Positions 17,518 through 23,548 of a stretch of DNA of 23,679 nt are shown piece by piece. Below the pieces are notes generated by a model. It was not told where the DNA came from. It did no database searches and worked only from the letters and a program-made list of their open reading frames with translations. The DNA comes from Gemmatimonadales bacterium (GTDB lineage Bacteria; Gemmatimonadota; Gemmatimonadetes; Gemmatimonadales; GWC2-71-9): contig JBBQFH010000036.1 of assembly GCA_038321865.1 (NCBI GenBank), positions 1 through 23,679 of the forward strand, read 5' to 3'. A program made the position numbers and the translations under genes. How positions within the stretch are numbered: the first letter of the stretch is position 1; every line of letters starts with the position of its first letter.

Positions 17518-17889
17518 TCAGTTCCCGTTCGGGCCCCCGTTGCCGAGACCGTTGCCGCTGTTGCCGTTTCCATTGCCGTTCCCCAGGCCGTTCCCGTTTC
17601 CATTGCCCGGGCCGTTCCCATTCCCATTCCCATTCCCATTCCCGTTCCCGTTGCCGTTCCCGGCGCCATTCCCGGTGCCGTTGCCCGGTCCCGCGGCCGG
17701 CGGGCCGGCCGGCGAGCCATCCGCTTCGGCAATGGTGTCGTTGCCGTGGGAGAAGATGTTCCGGATGTGCCCGCCCATCATCGCGAGAACGATGACGAGG
17801 CCGGCGCAGAGGAGCCCGAGCAGGATGGCGTATTCGGCGAGAGCCTGGCCGCGGCGGTTACCAGGCAGGAGGCGCCAGCGAGATGCCAT
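17518..17889 (-). CDS. Flp/Fap-like (type IVc) prepilin with Gly-Asn repeat C-terminal tail (123 aa)
   Basis: Class III signal RRG|QALAEYAILL (E+5, Y+6), hydrophobic helix, GGHIRNIF, then about 20 GN dipeptides. GGAGA RBS upstream. Confidence 0.82.
   Translation of the reverse strand: MASRWRLLPGNRRGQALAEYAILLGLLCAGLVIVLAMMGGHIRNIFSHGNDTIAEADGSPAGPPAAGPGNGTGNGAGNGNGNGNGNGNGNGNGPGNGNGNGLGNGNGNGNSGNGLGNGGPNGN
17614..17661. repeat. In-frame hexanucleotide tandem repeat encoding (Gly-Asn)8
   Basis: Plus strand: GTTCCC (ATTCCC)4 GTTCCC GTTGCC GTTCCC. Confidence 0.9.
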
Positions 17890-17923
17890 GACCGTCTCCG
17901 GAGGGGGAGGCCTGCGCGACGCT

Positions 17924-17954
17924 GGGAATATTCCCGGATTCCTGGTGGGGGCAA
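17924..17954 (-). promoter_or_regulatory. Perfect 12-bp palindrome GGGAATATTCCC overlapping a candidate promoter of the pilin-like gene
   Basis: Palindrome at 17924-17935. Minus strand reads TTGCCC-16 nt-AATATT, about 35 bp upstream of ATG 17889. Confidence 0.4.
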
Positions 17955-17970
17955 GGGGGGGCTAGCGGAC

Positions 17971-18018
17971 CCGTCATTCCCACCCCCGTCCGTCATTCCC
18001 AATCCCTTCCGTCATTCC
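17971..18018 (+). repeat. 19-bp-period tandem copies of the element terminus CCGTCATTCC
   Basis: CCGTCATTCC at 17971, 17990 and 18009; the last is the start of element copy 2. Confidence 0.85.
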
Positions 18019-18116
18019 GAGCGCAGCGAGGAATCTGCTCCGCGGTTCCTGACCGTCGTGCGCCGAGCGGATGTCCGCCATTCCTTCAGCAGATTCCTCA
18101 CTTCGCTCGGAATGAC
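18011..18116. repeat. Palindromic REP/REPIN-like element, copy 2 (inverted relative to copy 1)
   Basis: 29-bp arms at 18011-18039 and 18088-18116 (27/29 complementary). The reverse complement of its 48-nt spacer matches the copy-1 spacer at 41 of 49 positions by hand alignment. Confidence 0.92.
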
Positions 18117-18186
18117 GGGTTGGGCGTGGGCCTGGGGGCGCGGGCCTGTGGGGGCGCCGGCCGGGCGGCGTAGGTGGCAACGACTG

Positions 18187-18744
18187 CTAGGCGTACGCCG
18201 CCTTGAGCGCGGCCATGTGGCGGAGGACGTGGAGGCCGTCGGAGGGGCCGAGTGGCAGCAGGTTGAGCCAGCCGCCGAGGTTGGCGAGGGCGGAGTAGCG
18301 GAGGATCTGGGCCGGGTCGCCGATGTGGCCGAGGCTGGCCAAGGCGGTAGTGAAGATGGCGGCGACGACCAGGCTGGCGATCGGGCCGGCGGCCGAGATG
18401 ATCGGGGCGCGCCAGGCGCCGGGCACCCACATGAACTGCCAGCGGGGGGAGTAGACATCGCGGTAGCCCAGGGCGTCGGCATCGGCATCGAGGAGCTGGA
18501 CCATGCCGCCGAGCGGGAACCAGGCGATACGGCAGTGGATCCCGCCGATGGGGCCTTCGTAGACTACCGGTCCGATGCCGAGCCGGACGCCCCAGAGCCG
18601 GACGCCGAGGGCGGAGGCGGCGAGGGCGTGGCCCAGCTCGTGGACCAGCACGGCCAGCCAGCCGGCGGCGAAGGCCAGCAGCGCGATCCGCGCAACTTGC
18701 GGGACGAAGGGGAGGACGTGATACAGGAAGATGCTGGTCGCCAT
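18187..18744 (-). CDS. Minimal site-2 protease (peptidase M50, RseP-like without PDZ; 185 aa)
   Basis: HELGH zinc motif, LGIGP, FPLGGMV, AAGP and NLLPLGPSDG (NxxPxxxxDG). Confidence 0.88.
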   Translation of the reverse strand: MATSIFLYHVLPFVPQVARIALLAFAAGWLAVLVHELGHALAASALGVRLWGVRLGIGPVVYEGPIGGIHCRIAWFPLGGMVQLLDADADALGYRDVYSPRWQFMWVPGAWRAPIISAAGPIASLVVAAIFTTALASLGHIGDPAQILRYSALANLGGWLNLLPLGPSDGLHVLRHMAALKAAYA

Positions 18745-18819
18745 GGTCTCTAACTCGCCAGATTGCAAATACTTGCGGCTCGGTCAGCCAAAGGTACCTG
18801 ACGTGCTGATTCCGCGCAA

Positions 18820-18835
18820 AGCAAAATCGGTTCCA
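18820..18835 (-). promoter_or_regulatory. Candidate sigma-54 (-24/-12) promoter for the M50 gene
   Basis: Minus strand TGGAAC-CGATT-TTGCT: GG-N10-GC with one mismatch to TGGCAC-N5-TTGCW, about 75 bp upstream of the ATG. Confidence 0.65.
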
Positions 18836-18977
18836 CCGGCATCGATTGTACCGCCCGCATGTGACGGTTCGCGGTGTGGTGGGACACGCGCCGCACACGG
18901 TGGGAGCATAGCCGACCGCCGCCAAGGGCCCGGACCCTCGGCGGCGGTGGTGCTGCTATGTGATTCACAGCGGCTGA

Positions 18978-19682
18978 TCACGCCGCCGGGTTGCTGCCCG
19001 AAGCCGCCGGTGGCGCCGCACCCGCTCTGGCAGCGGCTTCCTCCGGCGCGGGACGCGGGGTGGCGACCAGACTGCTCTCGCTCTCCCACGTCGCCAGCAG
19101 ATCCGGGTTGTCGGCGAAGCGAAATCGGTTGTGACCGTCCATTCCCCGCACGACCTGCATGATCTGCTTCGAAATCGCGTCGAGCGCGGCGCTGGCGCCG
19201 ATGTGGGCGCGCCGTCCCTCACCGCCCCGAGTCTCCGCTTCGTCGAACTTCGCCAGTGCGTGCTGCAGGTCCGTCAACACCGGCTCGGCGAGCCCGTACT
19301 TCACCAGCAGGTCCCTGTTGGCCATCGCCAGGTCGGCGAGGCTTCCGGCGGCGATCCGGAATTCGGCATAGGGCAGGTTCTTCGGCCGGGCGAACGTCTG
19401 CACCAGCTCGGGTACCTCTTCCGCCGCCGAGCGGGCGATGCGGATCAGGTGGTCGACGTGCACCTTCCTGATCGTGTTGCGGAGGCGGAACTTCGTCGCC
19501 GTGGCGCCGCGGACTTCCTGGGTGCCGTTCCGCTGCTCGACGGCGAGCTTCTCCGCGCTGGCGAGCAGATCTCCCAGACGCGTCACGGCGATCGCGTCTC
19601 CCGCCGTCCCACCCGGGTGCGCCTGGTTGAACGCCAGCGTGCGCTTGCCGGTTTCGATGACCCTACGACTCTTCGCTTTCAT
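18978..19682 (-). CDS. Hypothetical soluble, probably all-alpha-helical protein (234 aa)
   Basis: GGGAGG RBS 5 nt before ATG 19682; amphipathic helical pattern, FADNPDLLATWES near the C-terminus, Pro/Ala-rich tail; no family recognised with certainty. Confidence 0.8.
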   Translation of the reverse strand: MKAKSRRVIETGKRTLAFNQAHPGGTAGDAIAVTRLGDLLASAEKLAVEQRNGTQEVRGATATKFRLRNTIRKVHVDHLIRIARSAAEEVPELVQTFARPKNLPYAEFRIAAGSLADLAMANRDLLVKYGLAEPVLTDLQHALAKFDEAETRGGEGRRAHIGASAALDAISKQIMQVVRGMDGHNRFRFADNPDLLATWESESSLVATPRPAPEEAAARAGAAPPAASGSNPAA

Positions 19683-19792
19683 CTGATCCTCCCGACAATG
19701 CCGGGCGGCTGCCGGGACGTCGCGCCGGCGTGAGCTGCGCGTGGACTTCGACCGAGTTCCCGGACTGATTCGCTCGGCTGGATGGGCCAGAG

Positions 19793-19808
19793 GCGAGGAA
19801 TGTGCCAG
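19793..19808 (-). promoter_or_regulatory. Candidate sigma-54 (-24/-12) promoter for the helical hypothetical gene
   Basis: Minus strand CTGGCAC-ATTCC-TCGC: GG-N10-GC with a perfect -24 box, about 110 bp upstream of the ATG. Confidence 0.55.
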
Positions 19809-20066
19809 AAATTGCGCGAGCAAAATTCGCAACGGCGCGGACCGCAGCGTGAAGTGGTATGTCGCTCACGCAAGTAATTGCGAATTCGGCGCGTGGATCG
19901 CGTCGCTCCGCATCGTGCATCACCGCAAGGGCGGCGGTTCGGCGTACGGGGCGACTGATCAGCCGTTCGATGCGGCTGTCCTCCGGAGGACAGCGGCGTC
20001 CCGCTTTCGGACGGAGCTGCAGCGACGATCCACCCGACGGACGCGCGTCGGGCCCGGCCGGCGACG

Positions 20067-20108
20067 TGTCGGGACCGGGTGTCGGGATGTCGGGAGCGGG
20101 TGTCGATC
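20067..20108 (+). repeat. 21-bp tandem duplication within a degenerate G-rich periodic tract
   Basis: TGTCGGGACCGGGTGTCGGGA / TGTCGGGAGCGGGTGTCGATC, with weaker in-register units either side. Confidence 0.6.
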
Positions 20109-20404
20109 CGTTCTGGGCGGCGGACGATGATCGCGATGCGGCGGCCGGACGAATCGGGCGGGTGGCGGGCGTTCTGGCGGACGGCTGGACGTCGCGGGCG
20201 AGTGGCGGCCCGACGGGAGCGACGGTCGTGACGGATGGGCCGGCGGCGGCGCTGCGGACGCGGCGGCGAGACGGCGGGGAAGGCTGTCGTGATTTTCGGG
20301 CGGTCTGTCGCGGGGGTGGCCCCGGTCACCGCGCCGCACCGGCGGGGGGCGCCAGCTTGGGGACGTTATCGGACCAGTTCTCGCGTGCCAACGGAGGCAG
20401 GACC

Positions 20405-21217
20405 ATGCAGCGCATTCGAATGATCGGGATCGCCGCGGTGCTGGCGCTCGTCGTCGCCATTCCGGCCCAGGGGCAGAAGCCGGACAAGGGCAGGGACAAG
20501 GACGAGCACCAGGACAAGGGCAAGCACCAGGACGACGGCAAGCACCGGGAGAACGGCGAGCACCAGGACAACGGCAATCACTACGGGCAGGCCAAGCAGG
20601 AGGCCCGCCAGCAGGCGCGGCTGTCAGAGCAGGAACAGCAGGCGCGGATCGCCCAGCAGCAGCAGCGGGTGGCCCAGTACCGGCAGTACCTCAACCAGCG
20701 GACGGTGATGTTGCAGCAGCAGTCGGCGCAGCTGCAGCAGCAGCGCCGGGCGGCGCAGTTCCGGGTACAGCAGCAGTATCTCGCGAATCTGCGGGCGCAG
20801 CAGGCGCGGCTCCAGACGCCGCAGAACTACAGTGTCGATCCGTACTACTCGACGCGGAACTCCTACCGCTACGTTCGCAGCGGCACCGCCTACCAGACCA
20901 ACCAGTACGGCGCCGAGGCGCTGCAGCGGGCGGTGAACTACGGCTACCAGCAGGGCGTCGCGTCGGGGCAGGCGGACCGGCAGGATGGCTACACGTCGGG
21001 CTACCAGTCGTCGTACGCCTATCAGGACGCGAACTACGGGTACGACGGCTCATACGTGAGCCAGGCGGACTACAACTACTACTTCCGCCAGGGATTCCAG
21101 CGCGGCTACCAGGATGGCAACAGCGGCCGCCTCCAGTATGGGACGACCGCGAACGGCACCACCTCGATCCTGAGGAGTCTGGCGTCGACGATTCTGGGGC
21201 TCAAGTCCACGCAGTGA
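20405..21217 (+). CDS. Secreted low-complexity Gln/Tyr/Gly-rich hypothetical protein (270 aa)
   Basis: GGAGG RBS at 20393-20397; signal peptide MQRIRMIGIAAVLALVVAIPAQG; His/Asp hexapeptide repeats; Gln-rich helical segment; GY..G / GF.RGY.DG motifs. Confidence 0.85.
   Translation: MQRIRMIGIAAVLALVVAIPAQGQKPDKGRDKDEHQDKGKHQDDGKHRENGEHQDNGNHYGQAKQEARQQARLSEQEQQARIAQQQQRVAQYRQYLNQRTVMLQQQSAQLQQQRRAAQFRVQQQYLANLRAQQARLQTPQNYSVDPYYSTRNSYRYVRSGTAYQTNQYGAEALQRAVNYGYQQGVASGQADRQDGYTSGYQSSYAYQDANYGYDGSYVSQADYNYYFRQGFQRGYQDGNSGRLQYGTTANGTTSILRSLASTILGLKSTQ
20504..20575 (+). repeat. Four 18-bp tandem units encoding EHQDKG KHQDDG KHRENG EHQDNG
   Basis: gagcaccaggacaagggc / aagcaccaggacgacggc / aagcaccgggagaacggc / gagcaccaggacaacggc. 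Confidence 0.85.
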
Positions 21218-21233
21218 GCGGCCCGGCGCGTGA

Positions 21234-21689
21234 CTACTTCGGCAGCGGGAGGCGGAAGTAGTCTCGGGCGAGCGCGAGCACTTCGTCGGGAAAGTGGCGG
21301 CCGTAGAGGGCGTGCGGTTTCCGGCCCGGCTGGACGAACAGAAATCCGATCTCGGTACTGTCCGGGGCGGCGGTGAAGGTCCACCGCCGCCCCGGTTCGC
21401 GTACGACGAAGCGGCGGCCGGGCTGGTCGAGCGCCGAGATGCCGGCGGCCGCGAGCCGGGTACGGGTGTCGGACCAGTAGTACTGATGCTCGTCGAGGGC
21501 GCTGGCAAGACCGGGGTCGGCCTCGAGGACGGAGTCCGAGCCGGGCACCAGCCAGAAGGCGATGACGGCGGGGGCGGTGACCTTCACTTCGGGGAGCGGG
21601 GTGGGGGCGCGCAGCTCGCGTTGGGCGAGTGCCGCGGCGGGCAGCCCGGCGGCAATGATACACGCCGCTGTCAGCGTGCGGACGATCAT
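21234..21689 (-). CDS. Hypothetical exported protein (151 aa)
   Basis: Signal peptide MIVRTLTAACIIAAGLPAAALA-Q followed by a globular alpha/beta-looking sequence. The longer ORF-track start overlaps the acyltransferase gene. Confidence 0.7.
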   Translation of the reverse strand: MIVRTLTAACIIAAGLPAAALAQRELRAPTPLPEVKVTAPAVIAFWLVPGSDSVLEADPGLASALDEHQYYWSDTRTRLAAAGISALDQPGRRFVVREPGRRWTFTAAPDSTEIGFLFVQPGRKPHALYGRHFPDEVLALARDYFRLPLPK

Positions 21690-21711
21690 CCAGGATCCTG
21701 GTCCATGGCGA

Positions 21712-22728
21712 CTATGCGCTCCCCGTGACGGGTGTGCTGGTTGCTGCTGACTCGTGCCTGTCTGCCAACCGATCGCGGAGCCGCAGCGCGGGTCGTTCGA
21801 CGACGTGGTATGACCATGTGGCGAGGGCGAGTGTCGCCAGGAGACCGACGACTCCCTGCACCACGGGCTGACCGGTGAGCCGAGCAGCGAGCACCAGCCC
21901 CCAGAGATGCCAGAGGTACATGGCATAGGATCGATCGGCGAGCCACCGGAGGCCTGCATGGCCCATCCAGTGTGGATGCCAGGCCATGGACTGCGCCAGG
22001 AGGATGGCGATCAGCGTCCCGTCAATCGCATCGCTCGCCGCGTACCCGAGGCCCGCGAGCGGTCGCAGGGTGCTGGCGATGAGAAGGCCGAGGCAGATCA
22101 GCGTCAGGATTCCGCGCGGCCGCATCGCCGGCAGGACTGCCAGCAGGCAGCCCGTGGCGAGAATCGCCGCCCGGGTGTCGAATGCCACGCGGAGGTAGGT
22201 CGGCGGGACCCCGCCCATCAGCAGGATGAGGCGCCAGCCGAGCACCGCGACGATCGCGAGAACCAGTACGCGCCGCACCCATCCATGCGTGAGGGCGGTC
22301 GACAGCACGAGCGGCCAAATAAAATAGAACTGCTCCTCCACGGCGAGGCTCCAGGCGTGCAGAATCGCGCTGGCCTCCGGGTGCGCCGCGAGAGCGATGA
22401 CGTAATTCAGCGTGTACGTCCACGCCCCAATGACCTCGACCGGCCGGTAGGGCCACTGCCCTCGCCAGGCGATCGCGAACGTAATGGCCAGAAAGAGGTA
22501 ATAGGCGGGGACGATGCGAAAGGCGCGCCGCGCATAGAAGCGTCCGAATGCGATGCGGCCGTGCTCCCGGTACTCCGCGACGAGGAGGCGGGTAATCAGA
22601 AAGCCGGAGAGGACGAAGAACACCTTGACGCCGAGCAACGCCAGCAGGTCCTGCCGAGCGTAGTGGCCGAGCAGAACCAGGAGCACGGCGAGGGCGCGCA
22701 CCCCGTCGAGCGCGGGGATGCGCTTCAC
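21712..22728 (-). CDS. Acyltransferase-3 family (OafA/YrhL-like) membrane O-acyltransferase, no SGNH domain (338 aa)
   Basis: RIPALDGVRALAVLLVLLGH, GVKVFFVLSGFLIT, FYARRAFRIVPAY, HAWSLAVEEQFYFIWP, SYAMYLWH, SYHVVERP. GTG start inferred from the family N-terminus. Confidence 0.92.
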   Translation of the reverse strand: MKRIPALDGVRALAVLLVLLGHYARQDLLALLGVKVFFVLSGFLITRLLVAEYREHGRIAFGRFYARRAFRIVPAYYLFLAITFAIAWRGQWPYRPVEVIGAWTYTLNYVIALAAHPEASAILHAWSLAVEEQFYFIWPLVLSTALTHGWVRRVLVLAIVAVLGWRLILLMGGVPPTYLRVAFDTRAAILATGCLLAVLPAMRPRGILTLICLGLLIASTLRPLAGLGYAASDAIDGTLIAILLAQSMAWHPHWMGHAGLRWLADRSYAMYLWHLWGLVLAARLTGQPVVQGVVGLLATLALATWSYHVVERPALRLRDRLADRHESAATSTPVTGSA

Positions 22729-22885
22729 TTGTCGGCCCGTTCCGTACCGATCCAGCGGCGGCGGGCGTGCTGGTGTTCGTGGCGCATGCCTTGAACGTCT
22801 CACCGTCCGGGTCGAAGCGCCACTCGGCCCGATCGTCCGGGAGTGGCGCGAAGCCGGATCTTCCCCCACCTTACCGTATCCATCT

Positions 22886-23548
22886 ATGGGAATCGCTCAG
22901 TGCCCCCGCTGCGGTGGCCAGATCAGCACCAACAGCACCTCCTGCCCGTGGTGTGGCCACAGTGTGTCGTTCCGCCTGGCGACGCCGATCATCCTCCTCA
23001 TCCTGCTGGCTATGGGCCTCAGCTTCGGGCTGGGACTGATCCGCTGGACCTGGCTGGAGCAGACGCTTGGGCTCGACCGCGGATTCGTCGACCAGGTGCA
23101 GACGGCGGCCGACAACGGGACGGCACAGGCGAGCGGCGGCGACCTGGGCTGGCGGGTCCCGCCGGCGCCGGACGGGCCGGTGAACGAGCGCGTCGTGCGC
23201 GGAGCGCCGGTCGACGGCGTGCCCGCGATTCAGCCGGTTGCGCCGCCGGCCCGGGTCGCGCGGGTGGTGCAGTCCACCCGCCCGGCGCGGTCGGCCGTTG
23301 GCTCCGCCGGCTGCGCCGACTCATCGGCGGTCGGCCGGCTGGTCGCCCGCTATCCGGCGTGGTCCAACAGCGACCTCGCCCTCATCGCCTGCGGCCGTCT
23401 GCGATCGGGGTTCTCCGCCGACCAGGTCCACGCGTCGCTGGGCACGCCGGCGAAGGTGGTCAGGAGCGGGCTCGCCCGGGAGGAATGGCGGTATGGCGGC
23501 GTGACGGTGCTGGTCGAGAAGGGGCGCGTCATCTCGTTCGGTCAGTAG
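22886..23548 (+). CDS. Zinc-ribbon + single-TM membrane protein with C-terminal SmpA/OmlA(BLIP)-like domain (220 aa)
   Basis: CPRC-x10-CPWC, hydrophobic helix, Pro/Ala/Val linker, then GFSADQVHASLGTP...EEWRYG..VLVEKGRV. Confidence 0.72.
   Translation: MGIAQCPRCGGQISTNSTSCPWCGHSVSFRLATPIILLILLAMGLSFGLGLIRWTWLEQTLGLDRGFVDQVQTAADNGTAQASGGDLGWRVPPAPDGPVNERVVRGAPVDGVPAIQPVAPPARVARVVQSTRPARSAVGSAGCADSSAVGRLVARYPAWSNSDLALIACGRLRSGFSADQVHASLGTPAKVVRSGLAREEWRYGGVTVLVEKGRVISFGQ

Noticed and set aside
17971..18116. Repeats considered as a CRISPR array or IS ends
   Set aside because: Spacers are only 9 nt, repeats are 10 nt or inverted, and there is no cas or transposase gene and no clear target-site duplication.
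19679..20329. 216-aa minus-strand ORF whose TGA overlaps the ATG at 19682, and the 182-codon upstream extension of the 20405 gene (from 19859)
   Set aside because: Low-complexity translations running through promoter-like and periodic DNA. Both real genes have their own GGAGG RBS, and the ATGA overlap arises trivially from ATG-AAA.
20370..20384. GG-N10-GC match (CGGACCAGTTCTCGC) before the Gln/Tyr-rich gene
   Set aside because: Poor -24 box, and the predicted TSS would fall within the RBS.
21232..21263. Hairpin GACTACTTC...GAAGTAGTC between convergent genes
   Set aside because: 9-bp stem with a large loop, no U-tract, and mostly within coding sequence; too weak to call a terminator.
21686..21707. 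Tiny minus-strand ORF MDQDPG* overlapping the start of the 151-aa gene, preceded by CATAGT
   Set aside because: Could be a leaderless uORF, but six codons cannot be distinguished from chance without ribosome profiling.
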